A stretch of DNA of 64,000 bases. It comes from Squalus acanthias (taxonomy: Eukaryota). Location of the stretch: contig CM059431.1 in the NCBI GenBank assembly GCA_030390025.1, forward strand, positions 129,396,001 to 129,460,000. The letters are read 5' to 3'. Of this stretch, positions 11,897-22,184 are shown piece after piece; the stretch's first letter is position 1, and every line of letters starts with the position of its first letter. The position numbers were made by a program, and so were the translations under genes. The notes beneath the pieces were generated by a model. The model saw only the letters and a program-made list of their open reading frames with translations. It made no database searches and was not told the DNA's origin.

Positions 11897-13741
11897 TTAA
11901 CAACATAACATTTTGTCAAACGCCCATGTGCATACCCTTGGTGAATTATAATTTCTTGAACTTATGCTTCCTACCACTTCTACATGGTGCATCCTGTGTG
12001 CTTCAGCAGAGGTAGAGGCAGGCTGCTCAGATCCCTGCCCTGACTGCTGAGATGCTTTTGGCCTATGACCTCTGGGTTTTGGAGCCGCTGAGGGCCCTGC
12101 CAAAGACTGCTTCACCTGCACCTGTGCAGGGGCAAATTCGGCCATCGGGTACTGACTGAGTAGGTGGGGGGGTGGGGTGCAACAAGTGGGAAGTGGGAGC
12201 AGTTTGAGTGGAGTTCCCACTTCCATGTCTCCTATCACCATCATCCCTCTCCTGGGCCAATGCCGCATCACTTCTACTACTCTGCTGCAGACCAGATTGG
12301 TGAAAATCAGTGATGTGTGTAAGGTCGCGGATAAGGTATCCGTCATCCTGTTTAAGGTGGCAAACAAGTTAGCATCCAAAGTCTGTACAGCCATGGTCAT
12401 GGCCTGCACAGACTCATTTGAGAGCTTTGCTTGAAGCTCCATGGAGGTGTCCATTCTCTCCAAGGCAGACATTCTCATGATTCCCTGCAACACCAATCCA
12501 CTGGCGATCAAGTTGGCCTCCTGCATCCTCTCCGCTATTGTGGAGAGTGTGCGTGACACGTCTGTCAGTACCTGGTGAAGTTGCTGATGCACCTCTAGAA
12601 TTCTCCTGATCAACGATAACCCCCGGGATTCAGCATCTGTGTCCAGCTGAGCAGAGCTTGGAGAAGATTGCACCTCCTGACGTGGACTTTCCACAACTGT
12701 CCCTGTTACCAGTGTCTGCTCGTGCTCACTTGTGAGATGTGAATCATCAGGTGAAATCCCAACGAACTGTCTAAGTGGACCCACCAAAGTGCGAGTATTT
12801 GTGCTGGTGCATGGCTGTATGTCCTGTGACGGTGCACCCGCAGAAGGAATGAGGTCCTCTGACGAATCGTCCTCATGGATTCCTGCGACACTTGCTGTAC
12901 GCATGAAGGCCCTGGAAGACAAAAGAAAGGAATATGATTTAGTCGTGACAAAGTTACAGTCTTGACAATCTCCATACTCAGTCTTCTCATAGTTCAGTCA
13001 TTGAAGAAATTAAGTCAGCATATGTATGTCAGAGATATTTGTAATTCTGTCACTAGCTACCTGAGATCTCCCTGTCTCTCCATCTCCGACTGAGAGGGAT
13101 GCAGATGTAACACTTATCTCCAGGTGCTTCTTTCTCTGCATCAGTGAGCTGGACTATTTGTGATGGGCCACATCCAGCCCTTGTGTTTTGCACTGTCTTC
13201 TCCTACAAGGAGCGAAAAAAACAGACCTGTGATGTGAGTGAGTGAAGTTGAGGTATTCACCTGTGGATGCAGTGCCTTCTGTGAGGGTGACGATGAGACA
13301 GATGCATCAGATTGCATAAGGATTGAGGTGAATGGCAGTGGTGGATGGATAATTGGGGAGGTGATGATGTGCATAGAAAGTGAAGGCTAGGTGCTGCTGA
13401 ATGTTGAGTGGGTGTGAGGATTGAGGACGCTTAGGAAGACAGAGTGAAAGGTGGAAGGGGGCTTAAAGCACAGGATGTAATTGAATCAGCAAATGTACTC
13501 ACTTTTCCTGGCCTGGTTAGGCCATTAAACCACTTCTTACATTGCGTCCATGACCTGGGCACAGTGCTCTTGCTGCTCACATCCTCCATCTACCTCCAAC
13601 CACACCTTCCTGGTGAGAGCAGCAAGGTACTACCTCCCATTGCTGGGAGAAAGTATGTCCCTCCTCCTCCTGACTGCACCTAGCAGTAATTCCAGTGCCG
13701 CGTCATTGAATCTGAACCCTTGCTCTATGTCCACCATCCAT
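11897..13741 (-). pseudogene. Decayed Harbinger Myb/SANT partner gene, convergent with the 10654-11720 transposase
   Basis: Last-exon ORF 11897-12922 (QSLAGPSAAPKPRGHRP...QPASTS) resembles the C-terminus of the 19754-20733 exon. A SANT-like exon (RSWTQCKKWFNGLTR) lies near 13500-13740. Confidence 0.75.
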
Positions 13742-14189
13742 CGTGAACACCGCCAATTTCCATCTGTACACTGTCCCTTTAACTACAGCTGAGACCATGG
13801 CATGCGGGTGCGTATCACGCCCTGCTATGCAGCTTGCAGATGCAAAACCCAGAAATCAAAATTCAGTTGAGATTGCGGATCCCAACTCGCTCAGTTGACA
13901 TCCGGGTTTCCCCCCACGTAATTCCACCACCACCACCCGCCACACTCCCCCTGCCTTCCTCACTCGGAAACCGCCTTCATATTAATATCGGGACCAAAAT
14001 TTTAGCCACGCCACCTCATTATAATATTTAAATGAGGAACCCAGGTTCTGAGAGCAGATTGGTCCCACCTACGTTAGAAGCAGAAGTAGGCGAGTTCAAG
14101 GCAGATTGGGTTCATGTTTGAAATTTAAAAAATTTTAACTTCCCACCTGACCCAAACCCACCCATTTTTGGGGGTTAAAATTACCCCCA

Positions 14190-15340
14190 ACATTTCAGGT
14201 CAATGACCTTTCATCAGAACTGGAAGAAGTTATAGATTTAAAAGTGTATAAGCAAGTACAGAACCAGGAAAAAGGATAGGGGGGTGGTGGAGGGATGGGG
14301 GGGAAGGTCTATGATAGAGTGGAAGGCAGGAGTGATTCAATGACTAAAGGGATGATGGTGCAAGGCAAAAAAAGGGTGGTAATGGGACAAGTAAAGAAAC
14401 AAAAGGTGGGTCTAGAGGAGTTGCAAATGGTAACAGCAGAACCATTACCAGCACCTGTTCTCTGAGAAAATTGGAGCAGTGGTTATGAACTGAAATTGTT
14501 GAACTCAATGTTGAGTCTGGAAGGCTGTAAAGTGCATTACCAACAGATGAGGTGCTGTTCCTCGAGTTTGCGTTGAGCTTCATTGGAACAGTGTAGGAGG
14601 CCCAGGACAGAGAGGTTAGCGTGGGAATGGGATGCAGAATTAAAATGGCAAGCGACCGAAAGCTCAGGGTCATGCTTGCGGACTGAATGGAGGTGTTCAG
14701 CAAAGCAATCACTCAATCTGTGTTTGATCTCCCCAGTGCAGAGGAGATGAATCGTGAGCAGTGGATACAGTATACTAAGGTGGAAGAAGTACAAGTAAAT
14801 TACTGTTTGACCTGGAAGGAGTGTTTCCGGCCCTGGACATTGGAAAGGGAGGACGTGAAAGGGCAGGTGTTGACCAAGATGTTGTGGAGGGAATGGTTCT
14901 TTCGGAATGCTGAAAGGAGAGGGGAGGGGAAGGTGTATTTGGTGGTGGCATCGTACTGGAGGTGGCAGAAATGGCGAAGCGTGATCCGTTGAATGTGGAG
15001 GCCCCAGTCAATCACAGTGGAGGGGGACTCCTCGGTTGATAAAAAAGGAAGACATGTCGGAAGCACTGATGTGGAAGGTGGCATTGTCGGAACAGATGCA
15101 ACAGAGACGGAGAAACTGGGAGAGTGGATCGAGTCCTTACAGGAAGTGGGGTGGGAGGAAGTGTAATCAAGGTAGTTGTGGGAGTCAGTGGGTTTATAGT
15201 AGATATTGGTGGACAGCTTTCCCCAGAAATGTAGATAGAAAAGTCGAGGAAGGGAAGGGAAGAGTTGCAGATGAACCGTGTGTAGGCGAGGGAGGGGTAG
15301 AAATTAGAAGCAAAGTTGATGAAATTTTCCAGTTTGGGGC
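14190..15340 (-). mobile_element. Penelope-like element 3' fragment (GIY-YIG endonuclease and pseudo-LTR)
   Basis: GEIKHRLSDCFAEHL...ACHFN...KLEEQHLI is homologous to 27117-27446. A truncated hammerhead ccagttctgatgaaaggtcattgacctgaaatg lies at 14191-14223. Confidence 0.88.
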
Positions 15341-15739
15341 ATGGAACACATGCAAAAGAGAAAAGAAGCCAAAAAAAGAGATTCTCTCATGCAGTGGATT
15401 ATACGTTATCATTTCACTGTGGGGCATTGATTTAAATCCAGACTGGAGGAATGACATTTTCTCCTTTCTCCTGTGTAAAGCTCTTATGTGAAATGAGTTT
15501 CAGCAGTCCTGAACTGGCTCCTAATGGGCATGTTGCCACTGCCCAAAAATTTCCATAATTTGGCTATAAATTGGAAATGTTACTCTGAGAAGCCAAAAAA
15601 ATGGTTGATGTAGGAAGTGCAATTGTTTCCATACAATTGGAAGTATTTATCTTATATTTAAATGAAGGAACGTTTTTGATCGGATTAAAGGAAATTGATA
15701 CTTGTGCAACAATAGCGCACACATGAATATAGTACGAGT

Positions 15740-15882
15740 GTGTTAAGGGGAAAAATTTGCAGGGCTATGGGGAACGGGCAGGAGAGTGGAAGTATTGGAC
15801 AGCTCTTTCAAAGAGCCAACACAGGCACGATGAGCTGAATGACCTCCTTCTGTGCTATATCTTTCTGTAATTCTATGATTCA
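15740..15882 (+). mobile_element. CR1 3' tail fragment
   Basis: ttgcagggctatggggaacgggcaggagagtgg...tgaatgacctccttctgtgct...ttctatga. Confidence 0.75.
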
Positions 15883-15992
15883 TACATGAAATTCACAAAT
15901 CATTAATTTACTCTTCACCAGCAATATTGTTTTCACCTTCCAATGACTTAACTCCACTTATACCATTGGTTCAAATGTTACTGGTGCAATCT

Positions 15993-16639
15993 AGGGTGAA
16001 TTTTAACTCCCAGGCGGGAAGCCAGGGGGAGCCAAAGGCCTTCCCACCTAGGAGGCTTGGTGGGAGGCCTTGACCGATTTTAACAACCGGGCCTCATGTA
16101 CGTCCCACCTGCCAACAGCCTGCAAGAAACAGATAGAAAGAGGCAGCTGGCCTGCCTTGGGAAGGTCAATGGAACAGGGCTTGGAGGCTGCCAGGCCAAC
16201 ACCAAGGTAAGTTGCACGTAGGGCGATTGGATCGGTGCCGTTTCACAGGTGAGAAGGGATGAGTCTGGGGAAGCAGAGGCCCAGACCTTCCTTGTGGGGC
16301 CCAGAGGAGCACTCCCAGTCCTCCTGGCCCCAATAAGGAAAGTTTTTGACTTAACTTAGAGGGCCTCCTCTTCTTCCCCACCAGGTTTTACAAAGCGGGG
16401 CACCTACGGCGGTCGTTAAACTACCACTGCAGTCTAATGGTTATCATATGACTCTGATTTGCATATCTTAATGAAGCTCTCGCCTGAATCAGGTGGGCAC
16501 TTCAACAGCCTCATAAAAGGGCCCAATTAAGATGGCGGCAGGCGGGAATCAAGCAGGAATGGGGAGTAATTCATTGCACAGCTATTGTAACTGCACGCCC
16601 ACCAGGTTCCCGCTAAGTGGGGTAGATTAAAACTCCCCT
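15993..16639. mobile_element. Degenerate TIR element (MITE-like)
   Basis: Ends gggtgaattttaac / ttaaaactcccc; the internal cttgtggggcccagaggagcactcc motif recurs near 39740 and 53660. Confidence 0.6.
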
Positions 16640-16929
16640 ACTGTGTTTTTTACCTAAGGTCATAAACAAATTGCACTTAGTGCATTCACAAGCTCACTTT
16701 GGGTCTGAATTTTCTCTTAGCACACAGATAATGTGTTAACCGATAGTTGCACTTTTTGAGGGCACACTGCCTTACCTGGTGCATTTTCTGGAAACTCTGG
16801 TACACTAAAAGTAACGCACAACTGAGTGGACAATTCAATGGACCTGCAAAAATGCTGGTTAACTGGATAAACAGCGACTTACACACTATAGTGATCTGTG
16901 GGTCAATCCAGCACAATGTCTGTGCGTAA

Positions 16930-17170
16930 TGGAGGGGCTGCACAGACAGCAGAAACCATCGTTTACAGATGAAGATCTGCAGGTCACAGTCAATGGTGTG
17001 AGAACAAGGAAAACTGCCCTGTACAGTGCAAAGGAGCAGCCATCAATAACCAGAGGATCAAGCAGGCAAGGGACACCATTACACTGGCTATAAATACAGA
17101 TTCTTGTATGTGTAGAAGCTGGAAGGATATTCAAAAGGTAGTTTCTGACTTGAAGAAAAGTGCCAAGGTA
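16930..17170 (+). pseudogene. Old Myb/SANT-like exon remnant
   Basis: KPSFTDEDLQVTVNGVRTRKTALY...RSWKDIQKVVSDLKKSAK followed by a gtaag donor at the same position as in the Harbinger Myb exon 1. Confidence 0.55.
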
Positions 17171-17330
17171 AGAAATGAGGATGATTGTAAAGAATTGTAA
17201 CATGCTACATAGGGAGGCTGCCATATATGTAGGTTACCACTAATACCAATTAAGAATCATTGCAGTTGGCAGAAAAGCTTGCTTTGGAATCTTGATATAA
17301 TTAATCCAAATTTACCCAGCAACATATTAA

Positions 17331-17657
17331 TCACAGAATAGAATGTTCACAGAATCCCCACAGTGCAGATAGAGGCCATTTCGGCCCATCGAGCCTGCAC
17401 CGACACATATCCCACCCTATCCCCATAACCCCACGTATTTAATCCCCCTAACACTAAGGGTCAATTTATCATAGCCAAATCAACCTAACCCGCACATCTT
17501 TGGACTGTGGGAGGAAACCGGAGCACCCGGAGGAAACCCACACAGACACTGGGAGAATGTGCAAACTCCACACAGACAGTCACCCGAGGCCGGATTCGAA
17601 CCCGGGTCCCTGGCGCTGTGAGGCAACAGTGCTAACCACTATGCCACCGTGTTGCCC
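17331..17657 (-). mobile_element. tRNA-derived V-SINE (HE1-like)
   Basis: Near-identical to 3820-4122, with A/B boxes, V-core and a CR1-like tail. Confidence 0.92.
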
Positions 17658-18748
17658 TTTATTATAATGGTTACAAAAAGAAATGGACATGTTTGAAATT
17701 AGTGCAGGAAGTCAAAAAAGGAGAATGAAGAAAGATACAGCGGGATATGAGGGTTAGTGGGTCAAGGAAGAAAAGGGGAGAGTTGCCAGTGTGTCACCTT
17801 GCCTGCCTTGTTGAGCTTATTGAACTTCTTGCAGCACTCGTTTGCAGTCCTGGGGGGGTAAGAGATTTGGCACTCATTGCCATTGCCACCTTCCTCCAGG
17901 TGACGTGAATGACATTGCTAGCAGACTTGCTGGCATGGACACCCAGCCATCTGTGTTTCCTTATGCCAGCTTCCTCAAGGAGAGCTTACAGGTCTCTCAG
18001 TGAAATTGCGGGAGCTTCTTCTATGCCTGTATGTGTAAGGGGGCGTGTCTCAGACGGTGCTGGTGCGAGGTTAGGCCTTCGTTGCCTATACTATTGCTTG
18101 CTCTGGTCTCCGGCCAGCCTTTTTGCAATAAGCACCTGTGAGTGGTTCGACCCACTCGCCCTTACGGTTCTAACACTGGACTTAGGTGCAGGGAGCAGTA
18201 ATGCAGAGAAAAACTCAAATAGAGCCGGTTGAATAGTACGAAATGGAAATCTTTATTGCATGGCATCTAAAATCATGAAACACATGTCATAGGCGCAAAT
18301 CAAAGATAGTACAAGTATACATACATTCATAAAGCTTGGTCTATGGAAATGGAGAACACACGGCACATCGTAAAAAGGGGAACACATTGGGGTAGAAATT
18401 AGGTCGCGCCCCATTTGGGGCGCAAATATCGTCTGGACGCAAATATTAGCGCCTGGCGCTAATTATCGGCACTGACTGGAAACTTCACTTTTACCGCCCC
18501 GGGAGGTGAGTGGAGCGCTAAAGCAGGCGCTGCACACCTGTCTTAAGGCGCAAAGGCCAAGGAGTGAGGCGCTAACTCAGCGCGCGAGCGCAGCGCAGCT
18601 GCTGCCAGTTAGCGAGGGAACACAGACACACTGGCGCCGGCCACTTCTTAAAGCGGGGGGGGGGCCACTTGCTCCCCAGCCACACCCTGCTCATTGCAGC
18701 CTTGAATCTTGGCCTGGAGAGACCTGTGAATCCATTTTGCTACCAAGC

Positions 18749-20733
18749 ATGGAGAGGGTGAGAGAACGCGCTCATCGCTTCACCGAGCGGGCCTTGGATG
18801 CTCTGGTTGGCGCGGTGGAGCGCAGACGATGTATGCTCTTCCCTGAGAGTGGCAGGAGGCCTTTGCCACGCGAGTTCAGAAGAGTGTGGAGGGAGGTGGC
18901 TCAGAGCGTCTCCTCCAGGAGCATGATGCCCAGGACCCATACTCAATGCCGCAAAAAGTTCAACGACCTCACTCGGGTCGTCAGGGTGAGTGGCTTTTTC
19001 TCAATACCTCTCCATCCCTCCATCTCAACCTCACTCTATGGCCAGAGGGTCTTAAAACCCCAATGCACAACACTCATCCAACACCTATGGCCCTTTCATC
19101 AAACACACACACACATTCCACACTTTGCATACAGTAAGGGCTATTCACCTATGGGAGGCACATCAGGCAAGACCATGGCTGTATATTGTAAGGGCTATTC
19201 ACCTATGGGAGGCACATCAGGCAAGACCATGGCTGTATATTGTAAGGGCTATTCACCTATGGGAGGCACATCAGGCAAGACCATGGCTGTATATTGTAAG
19301 GGCTATTCATCTATGGGAGGCACATCAGGCAAGACCATGGCTGTATATTGTAAGGGCTATTCACCTATGGGAGGCACATCAGGCAAGACCATGGCTGTAT
19401 ATTTACTCAGATGCTGTCCTTTTTCTTGCAGGCTAAGCTGGCTCATAATAGGAGACAGCAGCAACGGACAGGTGGAGGGCAGCCTCAGCTGCAACCCCTC
19501 AGCGATCTTGAGGAGCGCGTCCACAGGATTGTGGCAAGCCGGGTGATCGGTCCCGTCGCCACTGGAGACGCCGACCCCGTTCTGGACAGCAATGGTAAGG
19601 TCATCACCTTTTTGTCCTCTGTCCTTCCACTTGTCCCTCACAACACCAGCCTTTGACACTTTCAATCCAACTTGCTAACTCGCTGCACTTATTCCTCCCT
19701 TACTGCCACCCTGTCCTCACGCTAAAGCCACTCTTGTACCTCCCTGCTTTCAGATGGTGATTCACCAGCTGAGGAGACGGGCCCTGAAGCTGCCACTGGG
19801 AGTGATGCTGCAGCTGAGGAGGAAGAGGAAGCCAGAGCATCAGTGCCACCCTCTCCCGAGGAAGCCCATGCCCACACTGGGAACACGCCTTCCCCGGAGG
19901 GGAGCAGGGGGGAAGGGGCTGATGAGGGTGAAGCTCCAGGACCCAGCGGGCTGCAGCAACGCCATGGGGGGGGTAGGGAAGAACGGGGGCCTTCCCTCCA
20001 GAGGGAGAGTATGCCAGACACTCCTACTGCAATGGACGCAGAGGAGGAGCGGCTGATCGCAGAAATGAACACCCAGGCGGTGGGCATGCACACTGAGCTC
20101 ATGGGTGCAGTGGGAAGGGTGCCCGAATGCATTGAGTCACTGGCAAGGAGTCTGGAGCACTTCGCTGTAGCACAGGCGGATGCCACACTAACGCTTAGTG
20201 CTGCAATTCAGTCACTGGCTGCCGTGATCCCATCTCTGACTGCTCTCATACAGACTCAGATTGAGGCCACGCGAGCAAAGACTGCTGCCAACCTCGATGG
20301 TTCGTGCACATGTCCCCGGGGCTGTCACCGCGCCGCAGCAGGCCAGCAATCTGTTCTCCGGCAGATTGCTCCGGATGCTGAAGTGCTGCCCCGTGGGAGT
20401 GCCAGTGTGTCGGGCGAGCAGGGAGTTGCTGGCCTCTCTCACGATGACAGCATTCCTGCTGCCAACACTGTCACTTCTCCACTGCACTTGCCACCGCCTG
20501 TAGGACAGACCGCTGCCGCCCATGCAGAGTTGGTGCAGTCTGCAGCCGGGCCCTCCAGGCCCAGAAGTGGTCGAGGCCGTCCTTCAGGGGCATCTGCAGT
20601 GTCAGGGTCTGACGAGCAGCAGCCTTCCACCAGCCTTGCTGCAGCCACTGAGGTCCCATTACGGAGGAGCAGTAGGGTTAGAAGGGGGGAAGTGCGCAAG
20701 GGAAGGAGATCACCCTCGAAGGGCAAAAAGTAG
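18749..20733 (+). CDS. Harbinger Myb/SANT-like DNA-binding protein, 3 exons (18749-18985, 19432-19594, 19754-20733), 459 aa
   Basis: Exon 1 is MERVRERAHRFTERALDALV...WREVAQ...RTHTQCRKKFNDL (trihelix/SANT). Both introns are GT-AG with pyrimidine tracts and compatible phases (0, 1). The spliced frame is open to TAG at 20731-20733. Confidence 0.88.
19134..19403 (+). repeat. 54-bp tandem repeat x5 in intron 1 of the Myb gene
   Basis: Unit gtaagggctattcacctatgggaggcacatcaggcaagaccatggctgtatatt; copies nearly identical. Confidence 0.97.
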
Positions 20734-21044
20734 GAGGTGTGACAAAATGCTGGTCATTTTTTTATTAAAGGTCGAGGTTCATGGTCCAACTTTTGTTTAG
20801 TGTTTTGGACATTATCTCCAGGTTGTGAGAACCAGTTATGTTATTGACTGTTTTTTTGTGTTTATTTCTGTGAGTTTGTCATGAGGAATTGACACACACA
20901 GAGATTGTAAAATAAATAAGTTTCTGTATTCAAAATATACATGGTTGGTGGTTGGAATTATTGGTGCCTTGGCCGGCTTAGGGGTTGCGTGCTGGGTTGA
21001 TTAATGTTGGTAGCAATGGCAGGGGCCCTAGAAGCGGCTTGCTA

Positions 21045-22184
21045 TTAGCCGTTGATGGACGGCCCTTGCAGTTTGACCATTGTGGGCCGCCCTCCTGCCT
21101 TGGTGCTGCTGATGATCATCGTCCTCGTCCTCTTCCTCCTCTCCTCCTCCTCTGGTGGTGCTCCAAGGCCTGGTGGCATTGGCTGGGTTCTGAGGATTGC
21201 CATGTTATGCAACATGCAGCACACGACTACGAAGTTCGATACTCGCTCAGGCGAGTACTGCAGGGCTCCTCCGGAATGGTCCAGACAGCGGAACCGTTGT
21301 TTCAGCACGCCGATTGTGCGCTCAATAATGTTCCTGGTTGCTTGATGGCTTTCATTGTACCGCAGCTCAGCAGGGGTGTTGGGCGTACGGAGCGGTGTCA
21401 TCAGCCAGGTGCTCAATGCATACCCCTTGTCCCCGAGAAGCCAACCAACTGGCTGATGCGGTGCCTCGAAAAGTTCTGCCACAGTAGTCTGGCGCAGGAT
21501 AAAAGCATCGTGGCAGCTGCCAGGATAGTGGGCATTGACAGCGAGTATCAGCTGTCTGTGGTCACAGACCAACTGGACATTCAAGGAATGGAACCCCTTT
21601 CTGTTCCTGAATTCCTCGGCATTCTCACGCGGAGCACGCAAAGCCACATGCGTGCAGTCAATGGCGCCCTGCACCATGGGGAAGCCCGCTACCCTCGCAA
21701 AGCCCAGAGCGCGGTCACGCTGCTTGTCTGGGGTCATAGGGAAAGAGATGAACTCTCGTCTCCTTCTGAAGAGGGCATTTGTGACCTGCCGGATGCAGCA
21801 ATGCACCGCGAACTGGGAGATATTGGTGAGGTCCCCAGCAGCAGCTTGGAATGAGCCAGTGGCGTAAAAGTTCAAAGCCACTGTGACCTTCACTGCCACC
21901 GACAGAGACGTCCTGGACCTCAGTTGAGGCTGCAGATCTGGCTGCAGCAGGTGGCAGAGCTCAGTGACCACCTCCTTGCTGAATCGCAGCCTTCGCAAAC
22001 ACAGCTCCTCGGACATATGGATGTAGGAGAGCTGTTCACGATATACCCTGGGAGGGTAAGCTCTCCTGTACATACGCCTGATGGCCCTCCTCCGTCTGGC
22101 CATCATTACCACTCTCTCTCTGCGTCTCTGTATCCTCCGATTCAGCTGGAGCAGGACGACGCCCCCAATCAGTGCAGCCCCCAT
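21045..22184 (-). CDS. Harbinger DDE transposase (HARBI1-like, DDE_Tnp_4); probable late frameshift in the acidic tail
   Basis: First ATG at 22184; motifs GAIDCTH, LGDKGY and RNIIERTIG supply D-D-E. The C-terminus seen in paralogues (ARAVHQRLIASRF*) is in another frame and ends at 21028. Confidence 0.93.
   Translation of the reverse strand: MGAALIGGVVLLQLNRRIQRRRERVVMMARRRRAIRRMYRRAYPPRVYREQLSYIHMSEELCLRRLRFSKEVVTELCHLLQPDLQPQLRSRTSLSVAVKVTVALNFYATGSFQAAAGDLTNISQFAVHCCIRQVTNALFRRRREFISFPMTPDKQRDRALGFARVAGFPMVQGAIDCTHVALRAPRENAEEFRNRKGFHSLNVQLVCDHRQLILAVNAHYPGSCHDAFILRQTTVAELFEAPHQPVGWLLGDKGYALSTWLMTPLRTPNTPAELRYNESHQATRNIIERTIGVLKQRFRCLDHSGGALQYSPERVSNFVVVCCMLHNMAILRTQPMPPGLGAPPEEEERRKRTRTMIISSTKAGGRPTMVKLQGPSING

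Noticed and set aside
19134..19403. CRISPR-like array
   Set aside because: No unique spacers, no cas genes, eukaryotic context.
18506..19546. 346-aa ORF as a single-exon gene with an 18-aa repeat domain
   Set aside because: Non-ATG start in subterminal DNA; it reads through a splice donor conserved in the siblings, and the repeats are intronic.
20985..21854. 289-aa plus-strand ORF
   Set aside because: Antisense shadow of the GC-rich transposase; no motifs; broken in the sibling copy.
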